Translations under genes and position numbers: made by a program | In this document: positions 41,594 to 53,181 of the stretch, one piece after another | Numbering within the stretch: the first letter of the stretch is position 1 | Layout: each line of letters begins with the position of its first letter | Assembly: GCF_011745625.1 (NCBI RefSeq) | Contig: NW_027191454.1 | Span: 992,001 to 1,056,000, forward strand | Direction: 5' to 3' | DNA length: 64,000 nucleotides | Source: Cladosporium halotolerans | Lineage: Eukaryota | Notes under the pieces: generated by a model | What the model saw: the letters and a program-made list of their open reading frames with translations, nothing else | What the model was told of the DNA's origin: nothing | Database searches by the model: none

Positions 41594-44276
41594 ATGTCGG
41601 CCGTCGCAGGCGCTGAGATGACGACCCCCGTCGCATCGCCCACCGCCAGCCGCAAGGCCTCCAACGGCACCGCTCCCGACAAGGAGAAGGAGAAAGAGAA
41701 GAGATACAAATGCCAGTTTTGCAACCGCGCATTCAGTCGCTCCGAGCATCGGTCGCGACACGAGAGAAGCCGTAAGTGCAAGCATCAGCCTGCGACCCAG
41801 CAGCCCAGCGGTGGCGGGGAGCTTCGTCGCCCGTCGCGTGGTGGGCTGGCGGGGCACGAGCACCCCTCACCTCATCCATGACCTCGACTAACCTTCGCTC
41901 ATGCAGACACCAAAGAACGCCCTTTCAAATGTATGAAGTGCCGCAGCACCTTCGTGCGTCGCGACCTCCTGCTGCGACACGACCGCACCGTCCATGCCAA
42001 GGACGGCGGCGTGCCCCTGCAAAGCGACTCGAAGCGGAAGAACAACAACGCCGGCAAGGCCTCACCCAGCGCGCCGCCGCAGACCAAGCTGCCGGAACTC
42101 GATGACGCCTCGCTCGAACAATATGGCGATAGCAGCGACCCGTTCGGCGTCGAACAGGCTGCCATGCTCATGGCCAACTTCCAACAGAAGGCCGCCATGT
42201 CCGGCCAGGACGTCGCCAGCATCACTGCCGAGCCCCTCATCTCGCCCCACGGTCCTCAGATGATGGAGCAGAACGTTCCCTACCCGGGTTCGATGACGCT
42301 GCCGCAGATGCAGGGCTGGGATCAAATGCTGCCGCAGAACCCGGTCAAGCCCGAAGCCTCCTCCATCTCATCGAATGGCGACCCCAGCCATGACCTCATG
42401 AACTTCTCCAACGGCAACGCCATCAACAACACCCTCCCACCTCTTATGGACCGCCAGCAGGGCCAGTCTAATGACGGCCTGCCTGGATTCAACCCGCCCT
42501 TGATGGCTGGAAACCTGACGCCTGGTGCGCTTTCGCCCTTCACCTCCATGATGGGCCCGGTTTCCCCCGTCGACTACCGCAGGTCGCCCGGTCCTCCCCA
42601 GCAGTGCACTATGGCCAAGGCACCGCAAGTGGAAAACGAAGAGCAGCTGAGGACCATCCTCGACAACGTCCGACACTGCGACAGCGAAGGTGCCCTCATC
42701 GAGACCTTCCGCCTACCTGTTCTGTCGGTGCTCAACCGCTACCTCTCCACTTACTTCAGCTTCTTCCACCACCACCTACCCTTCATCCACCCGGCTTCAT
42801 TCAACCCGTCCAAGGTCCCTGCCGCCCTTCTACTCTCCGTACTGTCTATCGGTGCGCTGTACACCTTCGAGCAGGATCAGGCCTACATGCTCCACATCGG
42901 ATCCAAGGTTCTCATCACACAGTTCCTTCAGAAGAGGGACAACTTCAGCTCGCGAAAGTGCCCGCTGTGGATCATGCAGAGCTCCCTTCTCAACATGAGC
43001 TTCGCCAGCTGGAGCGGTGACCCTAAGGGCCTCGAGTGGGCCTGCTCGATCAAGAGTCTGCTCGCGAATATGGTCGCTGGTAACCGTTACGAGCTGAACC
43101 TCCGCACGGAAGCACGATCCGACCGCCAGCCAACCCACGAAGAATGGATCGAGGATGAAGGCTGCCGTCGTACATACTACGCCGTGTACATCTTCTTCGG
43201 TCTCTTGACGATGACCTACAACCACACGCCGGCCATCAGCTTCAACGAATTCGACAATCTGGAGCTGCCGTCCTCGGAAACGTTATGGAATATGGACGTT
43301 ACCGATAACGACGGCTGGTACGAGAACCTGGCTTCCTCGTCGAACATGTCCTTCAGAGCTGCGCACGACGCTCTCTTCTCCGGTGAAACTGCACGCTACA
43401 GCGCCTTCGGCACCCGTGTTATGATCAACGCCATCCTTATGGAGGTCTGGTATCACAAGCGCTCTCCTGATGCTCTTCAAGATGTCGTCACTGAGTACAA
43501 GCTTCGTCTTGCGCTTGACACGTGGGAGAAGTCGCTGGAGCTGTGCGAGCCAGAGACAGTCGTCGTCCAGCTCAGTGCACCTCACAAGGGTCACCCGCTG
43601 ATCTTCAACTCCATGGCTGTCTACCGCAACTGCCGGGCCAGACTCTTGGTCGATCTCAAGTCCGTTCAGGACGCCTTGCGTTACCACGATTCCTACGAAG
43701 TTGCTGCTGCAATGACACATGCGCGCGACAAGGTCAAGCGTTCGCAAGAAATGCTCAATGTCATTCAGGCGTGCTTCGACTGCATCGAGGTTGCCGCCTT
43801 GCAAGGCATCCGCTGGGTCGCTCGCACTTCCGCGACCAACTGGAGTATCGAGCATCCTCTCTGTGGACTGGATCTTATGGTCATTCTCAGCTTGTGGCTC
43901 TGGCGTGTTGAGCACGACGAAGCTCCTGCGACTGATGAAGAAGCGGCCATGTACCAGAAGCTGCGCAACTTGTTCGACGACGACTCCATGGATGGTGTCA
44001 GTCAGAAGCTGAGTTCCACTGTTGCTAGGCTCTGGGGTAGTATGATCGACGAAGTGGTCGTCTGGGGGTGAGTTCGACCATCTCAAAGTTTATTTCTGGC
44101 CTTTCACTGACATCCATCGCAGCATCACCAAGCTTATGGGAGAATCATTCAAGCTGCACTCGCAGGCTTTGATCGGCTATGAAGATGCCTTGATGGCCGA
44201 AGCTGAAGCCGAGCGGATGCACAGCTCTCCCGACGCCACCATCGCACCCCATGCGGCGGAGGTGGCGGCCTACTAG
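41594..44276 (+). CDS. C2H2 zinc-finger + fungal-specific TF domain protein (AmdA-like); introns 41772..41906 and 44068..44122; probable leader intron 41360..41517
   Basis: YKCQFCNRAFSRSEHRSRHERS|HTKERPFKCMKCRSTFVRRDLLLRHDRTVH, FHHHLPFIH, EGCRRTYYAVYIF, WSIEH. Confidence 0.92.
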
Positions 44277-46059
44277 TGACACTCGCTGTCACGTTTTGTC
44301 TTTCTCGACGCTCCTTCACCAAGGCCCAACGCTTTGCAAGATTTGCATTGCAATCATTGTACAACAACCACCACCCTCCTTTCTTCCGGCGTTCACGGCA
44401 GATCACGAGCGCTGGAAGCTCCATCGTACACTTTAGGCTCTCGCAGCCTCACTTCTACAAAATACCTCTTCATAATCATTCGGATACACACACACGACTA
44501 CACAGGGGCGCGGACAGGACTGGAACTGGATCAACGAAAGGCTTTCGGGTTCTCTCGGTTTCGCGCCAACCCAGCTGGCTTTACACCAAAGGCCTGCTGG
44601 ACACGGCGTTTCACACAACCGGAACACAGTCCAAGACGATCATCCCCTACACTCTCGACCTCCCCTCTCGCCTGCAGCGAAATCTCTCGCGAGCGGGAGA
44701 GTGAGAGGAGTCGGGAGAACACTACTCTGGAAAAGGAGAGAATACACTCAGGCCGGCTGGTCCCGCGCCTCCAACTCCGCGCTCGTACGGGTCTTTCGGA
44801 CCCAGCACACTTTATTGTTTCTGGCTTCTTGATTTTTGCTCTTTCCCTCTTGATACCATGTGCGTTTAGCTGGGGAACCCCCGCTCCGTCGCGGCCTGCC
44901 CAATACTGGGCCGTTTTCTGCGGGTTTTCAGGTTCTTGCTTTTCTCCTTTTGAGCACCGGCGTTTTTGCGGAAAGAGCGGAAGTCAACTTTACCTTTTTT
45001 TTTTGCTGCGTTTCTTAACTCATCTCCTTGTTTGATCTGCGCTGCTTTGCCTGGGTTGTTGGAGCATAGCGTGGGTCTAATTTTGTTTCTGTTGGTTCGG
45101 CTCCTCTCTTCGCCCTTTGCTGGCGCGGAAGAGGGGAGGGATGAACTGCTACTGTATCATAGTCTGCTGGGTTTCGCGTCTGGTCTGGTCTTGTTTTGGG
45201 AGGTTTTGGGGGGTCTGGAAGGTTTTGCAGGGACGGTAATCGTGTTCTCTCTCTCTTGCACTCGCTCTCTAGAAATCTGAGATGCTCTTTTGATCTCCCA
45301 CTTTTGTCTCCAACGTCTCATCTCTACCGTCTGCACTCCCCTGTAGTAGTAGTAGCAATAAGCGCCTTGCTCATTGCTCAAATTCGACTGCGTGTATTAG
45401 GCAGGTAGCAGCACAGCAAGCACACCGCAGACCCCCGTCACCCTCAAATCACACTCCGAACATCATCTCCAAGAACGCCAGACGAATACAGAGTCTCCGA
45501 TTTCCAGAAGACCCATTTTCCCATCTCCAATCGGTACCCCACACGCTAAGGCAGCAACGAATCCCTCAATCCCTCGCGCTCCGCGGGCTATATTCAGCTC
45601 CTCGGAAGGAAAGGCACGGCTGCCACGCCGCTTGGCCCGTCTGTGCGAATGATTCCAAGGGACTTGGGACGAAGGAATGCGCGCGCCGCGGCCGGGCAAG
45701 GGATGAATGGGAAGACTTTGTTCTGACTTCAGTTGTATTCTTTGATTCTCATTAGATACATGCTGTTTTGCTATGTACGTTTTGTGCTTGGTGTCTTGCT
45801 TTGCTTTATGTGTATGAGGACGGCGCCTTTTGCGCTTCGATGACGATTACGCATGCTGCCTTTTTGGGCGAATGTGCCGCGCTGCTGCTGCTGAGTGCTG
45901 AGTGCTGAATGAGGACTGGAAAGGAAATTGCTAGGAAAATGCAGATGGGAACGCCGCGCTGAATCGCCAGCTCGCAAGGAAACATAAACAGGGAAGTGCA
46001 AGAGCAAGAAAATCGCGAAACATGACGGAACTCGCGCCCGCCGGCCGCTGGAAACCGCT

Positions 46060-46892
46060 TCAACCACCCTCCTTCCTCAGAAACCACTCCACCGTGCCGT
46101 TCCTCGGCTTCGCGATCGGGAGTGCCGCCGTGCCATGCGATCCTGTACCTGTCGCATAGAGCGCGCCCGTCCCGGTCGGGTGGAAACTCGCGGCCGCCGG
46201 TGAGGAAGAGGAGGAAGCAGAAGAAGCGAACTCCAGCACCGTCTCGACGACCCGCACCTCCGTCACGCGCTGCACGGGCTGCAGCACGACCGTCGTCTGC
46301 ACGACCAGCACGATCGGCTGCGCGAGGACCGTCGCTGTTCAACACTTCATATCAGCGCCGCAGAAGAAGAATCAAGGACGGCCTCAAACGCGGTATCGGC
46401 CAGCAATACCCGTGACCTCCGCCCCGGCCCCAGCGGCCTCGGGCTCCGCAGTCCTCTTCCCGTTCTTCTTGCTCAGCGTCCCGTACCCGATCGAGCCGAC
46501 GCCGGGCGACGGCAGCTGGCCGGGGATCTTGGGGAAGGTCTGCGTGTAGATGTCCGGGTACCAGGTTGTCTGCTTGTTGGGGAGGACGGTTGGGCGCCAG
46601 TCGGTTGTGATGGTGGGCGGGGCGGACTCGGCTTGCACGGCGGTGGGGTTCGCGGGTGCTTGGCGGGCGCTGGGAGAAGTGGTTAGTTCTGAGTGGATTT
46701 GGGGGAGGTTTTGGGGGAGAAGGATGGGACGGCTTACTCGAGGATCGCGTTGTCTTCGGCGCTGAGGACGGTGGGCTCGGGCGCGGCTTCGTCGGAGAGG
46801 GAGGGGACTGTTGCGGCGGGTTGCAGGTCGGCGGCCAAGTTGGAGGCGGCCGCGTAGACGGCCGAGAGGAGGCAGAGGGCGGCGAGTTTCAT
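46060..46892 (-). CDS. Secreted Kre1-like cell-wall protein; exons 46892-46738, 46669-46410, 46334-46060
   Basis: Signal peptide MKLAALCLLSAVYAAA; TWYPDIYTQTF..LPSPGVGSIGYGTL resembles the Kre1 motif; two canonical introns (GTAAGC..CTAAC..CAG; GTATTG..CTGAT..CAG). Confidence 0.72.
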
Positions 46893-48323
46893 CTTGGGTT
46901 ACACGCGACAAGGTGGTGGGATGGGACTCGGATGGGTGGTGTGAAGGTTTACGGCGCGCGGCGGCAGAGACTGTGTGTTCAGATGTACTGATCGTGAAGA
47001 GAAAGTATCGCAAGGTATGTTCCGGTGATTGTGGCTGTCGCGGAGGGAGTTGTTTGTCGCAGGAGGCGTGTCGATGCAGGTACGCGCTCGGGTGGTCTCC
47101 AGCTCAACCGGGAGAGTGGGGGCTGACGGGTGTTGAGTGTGAAGAAGGCGCACAGCACGTGTCGCGGGTGATGGTTGCTGTGTCTCGGCTAGGTGAGATG
47201 GTGTAAACAAGCTGGTGTAAGCGAGTGACAGGACTGTAGGCAGAGAGAGAGAGACTGTGAAAGAGGCGTGATAGTTTCGCTGGGACACGAAGGGCCGATG
47301 GGGCGCAAAGGCTATCAACAGCCTCCCGCGCGCTCGCGGTGAACGCGCAATCACGCTTCAGGGGACCAACGGCAAATCGTGATATAGACTTTGCGGCTCT
47401 GGACTGTATAAAGTTTCCCGTCTCCAGGGCGCCGAATGCATGTCAGACCCTGCCATTGTGCAGATCGCATGCCTGGCTTATTAACCTTAGGATTCCTACC
47501 TCGCTTGAACAACAGCTCTCACATACTGTTCGATATGGTGTTCTTCACTCGCTTCTTCAACCCCGTCAACAGGGATGTGCCGGCTTGCCACCGTCTCGAA
47601 CGGGTTCTAATTTGACAGGCCGGCCATCTGAGACCGCCCCACCAGGGAGTAGCCGCTTAGCGAAGCTTGGCTAGGGCCTTATTTCAAGTCGGCGACAGCT
47701 CCTCATCCAATGCCGACCAGGCACGTGTGTCTTGCGTGAACGTGGACTTCACTTGTATTTCTGAGACTATATCATGCATGTCGTCTGAGCACTTTCGATC
47801 CCACCGCCTCCAGGAAATGTTATGCGAGTGCATGGGATGTCTTTACGTCGTTTCACGCAGAGTCTGGACTATTCCGGGACGCCACTCAAACGCGGCTACA
47901 CTGGCGGAGAAGTACTAAATATAGCTTCTGGACCAATTGGACTTCGGGCAAGTGCAAGGCGTGTGTTCGCCATCGCCAACCATAAACCGTACTGTCGGGC
48001 ATTCTATGCCTTCAGATCGCCATGTCCGTGTTTGCTACGCGATCTGTGTCATCCTCACAAAGAAACAATGAGACGATCTGGTTCACGCAGCAGCAGAATA
48101 TGCATCAACGTTCGTGTTGTTCATTATGTATCTACGACATGGCATACCAGGTAACGAAGGAGTTGATCCGGTCTTGTCTCTTTCTTTCTTTGTTTGTCTC
48201 CAACATGTCGTTAAGACCTCTCGCCGGAATGGGTATTGCATCCTGCTTTTTCATTGTCCAGAACTACAAATATACCCTGGACTGCACACCACACAATGCC
48301 TGCTCAACTAACAATCCAACACG

Positions 48324-49133
48324 ATGCCTCCAACTACGAGGAGCTCCCGCCGAGGCTCCCTAGCAGCCAAAGCGCGATGGAGCCCGATCACAAGGCTTGT
48401 GTCTAGAAGGAGAAGTGAGATCCTGCCGCACCGTAGACCTTCCGCAACCGCACCCGTCCCCAGCAACATAGCAGTCTGCACGACCTGCAAATCCCCCATC
48501 GCAAACGGGTCGTTGCCACCTGCCAGTCCAAAAGACGAAAAAGCATCGATCCCTTCACCAAAATCTCCCAGCAAAAAGCGCCCACGACCCGCCACCCCCA
48601 CGGACAACAACCCAAAGACGACCCCGCCACAGTCTGAAGGCAAAAAGAGCACGCCGCCCGCCAGCCCCAAACGCGCAAAGTCTCCCACCCAGAAGACCCC
48701 GCCGCAATCCCCCACCCCCATGGCCACCCAACTCACCCTCTACATCGCCGAAGCCGCCAAGCGCACAACTCTCATTCGCGCCGCCTACGCCTCCTCCTCC
48801 CTCGATTACCGCACGCTCGGCAACCCGGACGTCTCCCTCGAGCACCAGGCCCTCGTCACCGCGGGCCAGGACCACGCGCCGTACACCGTCGAGGCCTGCA
48901 GGCTGGTCGGCAGCCTGATGGGCGAGTTGGGCAGGGCGCTGGACACGGCGCAGAAGGGCGCGGTGGAGTTGGGGAAGGTCTTGGAGAGGGAGGTTGAGAG
49001 GGCGCGGACAGAGGGGGAGGAGGAGAGGGAGAAGAGGAAGGAGTGGGAGAGGGAGTGGTGGGTTAGGGAGAAGAAGGTTAGGTTGGAGGAGATGGAGAAG
49101 CCGAGGAAGAGGAAGAGGAGGGGGAAGAAGTGA
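48324..49133 (+). CDS. Hypothetical protein (SP/TP-rich N-terminus, coiled-coil and basic NLS-like C-terminus)
   Basis: 269-aa ATG ORF with GC3 bias; ends KPRKRKRRGKK; no family recognised. Confidence 0.65.
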   Translation: MPPTTRSSRRGSLAAKARWSPITRLVSRRRSEILPHRRPSATAPVPSNIAVCTTCKSPIANGSLPPASPKDEKASIPSPKSPSKKRPRPATPTDNNPKTTPPQSEGKKSTPPASPKRAKSPTQKTPPQSPTPMATQLTLYIAEAAKRTTLIRAAYASSSLDYRTLGNPDVSLEHQALVTAGQDHAPYTVEACRLVGSLMGELGRALDTAQKGAVELGKVLEREVERARTEGEEEREKRKEWEREWWVREKKVRLEEMEKPRKRKRRGKK

Positions 49134-49499
49134 GGTGTTTGAAGGAGGAAGCATGGGGCTGGGGAGCTGGTGTTTTGTGGAGAGAAGTGCCCTTTGAGGG
49201 GAAGAGATATTGGCATTGCTTGGCCATTGCTTTGTGGCTAGCTTGAGTTGATTAACAGGAAACACACGGCTTGAATACTTTTATCTGTGGAGGTTGATCC
49301 TGGTATGAAAGAAGGCTCTGATTGCTTGCTGGAACTGGGTAGTAGTCTCATGAGCGCTCTTGTATCATTATTGTTTGCTTGATCGGACAGCTTGTCAGGA
49401 GGCATAAAGCCAATGCATTCAATGAGCTTCTTGAGTGGTCTCTGCTTTGTATTATCCCAATGACGACAAATATAATTCAGAACGTTATAACATACGGCA

Positions 49500-50788
49500 A
49501 TGTCAATGGCAGGATCCATTGACTACGTCTCTTTTCCATGCTTTGCGTACGAACGGAAAGGAGCTGCGTTGCCTGACATCCTCGGTTTAAGGGTGCCTCT
49601 GACTAGCCTTGTCGTTGCGATTAGGGATTACATCAAATCGATACGGCCTGGTGTCACAATTGGTATGCGCTGTCCGATCAGAGCGTCCAAGGAGCGCTTG
49701 AGGTCCTGGCTTCGACTCCACAAACACAACAGAGGAGCCGACGAATACAGCGAAGACGAAGACCTCTTCGAACAAGCATCTCCGCCAACAGACAGCACAT
49801 CCGGCTCCAGTGAAGCAATACCCAACACAGAACACCAGTCTCGAACACCACCGGCATCAACGACCAGCACATCCGCTTCCAGCAACTCCGCTCCGACCAA
49901 GTCCCAAACACAAACAACCTCCCTCTCCTCTCTCGCCTCAATCCCAGGAAAGCTCAAACGAACTCTCAGCAAGCGCCTCCAGCGCCCTAAACAACCACCG
50001 ACTCCCCCGTTCCCCGCTCCACCAACCCTTCCACCTACGAACCCACCCTCCCAAACCTCCCTAATCGCCACCCTCGACGCCCTCGCCCTCTCCCCGCCCG
50101 AACTCGACACCCTAAAACGATGGAACTCATCTGCCACGCCGCGAACGCCGCTCGCGACCGCCGCTCGCCTCATCCCCAATCCACCCCCAGCAACACCTCG
50201 AGCACAAACCTGAACCTCAACCTCCACCTCCGCGGCGGAGGCGCCTCCCCCTCTCCGCCTCCATTCCGCCGCCCCCGCACCGATCTCCCCTACACCCCTC
50301 CCCCGCCTCCTGCTTCCGATTCTGCCAGGCCTGGCGGGATGCTTTGGTGGCTCGCGGGCGGCCGTATCTCGCAGCATGGACGGGTGCCCACGGTCGGGGA
50401 GCTGAGGGTTAGGAGGGAGGTTGAGGCGGCTAATAGAAGGCGAGTTGGGTTTTGGGGCACGGTTGTGGGGTGGAGAGGGGTTGGGAGGGTGGGGGTTTTG
50501 GTCGATGGAGGGGCAGGGGGAGGAGAGAGAGGTGGTGGGAACGAGGGTGAGGGAGGGGCTGGTGATGCTGCGTCTGTGCGGTCGAACATGGGATCTGGGT
50601 TGGAAGATGATGGTGGGGGAGAGGATGGTAATGCGGAGGCTGCGCGGTCGAAGGCGGGGTCTGCTTTTGGTGAGGATGGTGTGGCTACGGAGGGTGAGGA
50701 TGGTGGCGGAGAGGGTGGCGAGGGTAAAGATGGCGAAGGCGATGGCAATGGTGAAGATGGCCCGGGTGCAGCGGCGAAAGATATGTAG
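49500..50788 (+). pseudogene. Hypothetical gene split by an apparent 1-nt frameshift at 50114-50117 (start uncertain: 49500 or 49665)
   Basis: ORFs 49500..50213 and 50120..50788 overlap in different frames; adding one A to CTAAAACG joins ..ELDTLK-T-MELICHAAN; no credible intron found. Confidence 0.55.
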
Positions 50789-51209
50789 ATATTGATATAT
50801 TGATCTAATAGTCCGGCCTTGACCGATTGTTTCTCTTCCTATCTTGTTCTTCGTGGTAACCACTGCCTGTTTTCACACCGACGGTGGGCCAATGCTGAAC
50901 TGACTTCTTCGTGTTGATCTTTCGATGAACTCTCGAAATGGGTCAGAGCAGGTATTCAATAAAATATCCTGCTGCTGTCGAAAAGTTTCCGTGGCCGTTG
51001 CGGTCTCGACCACAATCCTAGCATGGTTCCCGGGACTTCTTGGACCATAGCTCCATAGCATGACCGGCCGCGGAAGCGCTCAAACATGGCCAGCGGGCTC
51101 ATGCAGAGCTTTTTTGCTAGACCCAGGCGAATATTCCGCAAACCACTCACGCGCGAGCCCGCAATCGTTCCCTCATTTTGCAAACCATTTCCCAAATCTC
51201 CTCGTCTCT

Positions 51210-51788
51210 TCAAACCGGCTTAGCAACCTTCCTAACCTCCCTAACCCCCGTCCTCTCATCCAAAAACTCCCTCCAACTAACCGGTACCATCTGGTTCCCC
51301 GCCTCGCTAACAGCCATCACAACGCCCAGCTCGTTCTTCGCCGTGCTGCAGAAATAGCTCCTCTCGTCGCCCAGGCTGATCACCACCGCGCGCACCACGT
51401 CGCCCACCCGGAAGCTCTCCGCCACCTTCACCTTGTCGATCTCCGTCGCGCGGATGTCCTGCTGCCGGATGAGCGCCGGGAAGGTGTCGCGGCACGTGTG
51501 CTCGCCGCCGCTGCCGAGCGCGAGGATTGAAAGCGTGGCTTGGCGGGGGTTTGTGCGCGTTATGCGGCCGAGGACAACGGTGCCGGTTTCGGGCACGAGA
51601 GGACCGGCGGGGCGCGTGATGGTGAGGGTGGGTTGGGGTTGGGATTTGCTTTTCGAGGGCACGGAGGTCAGGGCGCCGGCGAGCGAGGAGTGGACGTGCG
51701 AGGATTGGATGTGTGTCCCAGTGCCGGGGTTGTTGGCTGAGGCGGGCCCGAGGGGTTGGCCTGGGAGGGTGAGGGTGGATGTTGACAT
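51210..51788 (-). CDS. CSL4: Exosome complex component Csl4
   Basis: LPGQPLG..PGTGTH, S1-like GRITRTNPRQA, LIRQQDIRATEIDKVKVAESFRVGDVVRAVVISLGD, STAKNELGV, MVPVSW..EVRKVAKP. Confidence 0.96.
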   Translation of the reverse strand: MSTSTLTLPGQPLGPASANNPGTGTHIQSSHVHSSLAGALTSVPSKSKSQPQPTLTITRPAGPLVPETGTVVLGRITRTNPRQATLSILALGSGGEHTCRDTFPALIRQQDIRATEIDKVKVAESFRVGDVVRAVVISLGDERSYFCSTAKNELGVVMAVSEAGNQMVPVSWREFLDERTGVREVRKVAKPV

Positions 51789-52134
51789 GTTGTTGTATGA
51801 GATGCCGTCTCTTGAATTAGTGGATGTGTTGGTGTGTAGATCCTATGGATTTTGGCGCAATTGTACAAAAGTCGCGAAGTGACGTTTGCGGTCGAAAAAT
51901 CCGGAAGCTTTCCGCATGCACGACAGGAGCCATGAGGAAGAGGGGTCGAACTGAAGAGTGGATCCGTCTCAATTGCCGACTTCGCCTTCATGAGGAGTCA
52001 ATCGGTAGCTCTACCTTATGCTGGCGATCAGCTGAACGAGGAATTGATAGCCGGATTGAAACATATAGAAAGGCGGCATCAAGATACTTGTAGTGTATAC
52101 GTTTGACGTTCCATGCCTTCTTTCCCTTTATAAA

Positions 52135-53175
52135 ATGTCAAACCAATTTCATCCCCCTTCATCGAAGGCTCTCAAAGGCAAAGTCATTGTCTTGACCGGA
52201 GTATGTTACATATTTCTACATGTTGTTACAGCTACAGATCCATCCTGAATAATGTAACAGGGAGCTATAGGCATCGGCGCCTGCCTCGTCCGCCTGCTAC
52301 ACCAAGCCCAAGCTCACGTCTTCTTTGGAGACGTGCTCGATGAGCCTGCCATCGCCCTTGAAAAGGAATTGAACTCTGATGGTGCGATGGTCGAATTCGT
52401 CCATTGCGACGTGACCTCCTATGCCGAAAATCTTGCCCTCTTTGACGCAGCGTTTCAAGCCTTCGGCCGGATCGACCATGCCATTTCCAATGCTGGGCTT
52501 GGCGAGCAGGGCAACATAGTGAGCCCAGAATTGACGCTCGAAAGTGTCCGAGAGGAGCCTACAAGTAATCTTCGAGCAGTAGACGTCAACTTGAAAGGAC
52601 CAATATACTTTGGCCGCTTGGCAAGCGTGTATCTCCGACAGTCTGCCGGTGGCAATGATGACCATGAGGGCAACGACAAAAGCTTGACTTTCACGTCAAG
52701 CGTTGCAGCCTTTCGAGAGGATCCAGGCTTATATGTGTATACTGCTAGCAAGCATGGAGTTATGGGTTGGATGAGGGCGCTGCGGAGGTGAGGGACCCTT
52801 TGCGTGGAGAGCACCAAGTGAGAAGCTGACGGCTTGCACAGCACGCTGAGCCAGACGACGCCGCATGCTATCCGCACGAACACCGTCTGCCCATGGATGA
52901 CGCGCACGCGTATGGCAGAGGGAATTGCGCAAGCGTGGGACGACACTGGACTTCCGGGTAACATGCCAGAAGACGTGGCCAAGATCCTCATGGGTGTTGT
53001 AGCGGACTCGAGTCTTACGGGCGAGGCAGTATACGTGGAAGGTGGCCGTGGCTGGAAGATCGAGCAGGCGAAGATCGACCTGAGGCCACAATGGCTGGGC
53101 GAGCGGCAAACGAAAGACCTGGACGAAGGGACCCGAGCTTTGGGCGGCGGTGAGGGATGGATCAAAGGTCAGTGA
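52135..53175 (+). CDS. Short-chain dehydrogenase/reductase; introns 52201..52260 and 52788..52841
   Basis: KVIVLTG|GAIGIG, CDVT, IDHAISNAG, catalytic YTASK, IRTNTVCPW. Confidence 0.92.
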
Positions 53176-53181
53176 TTAGCG

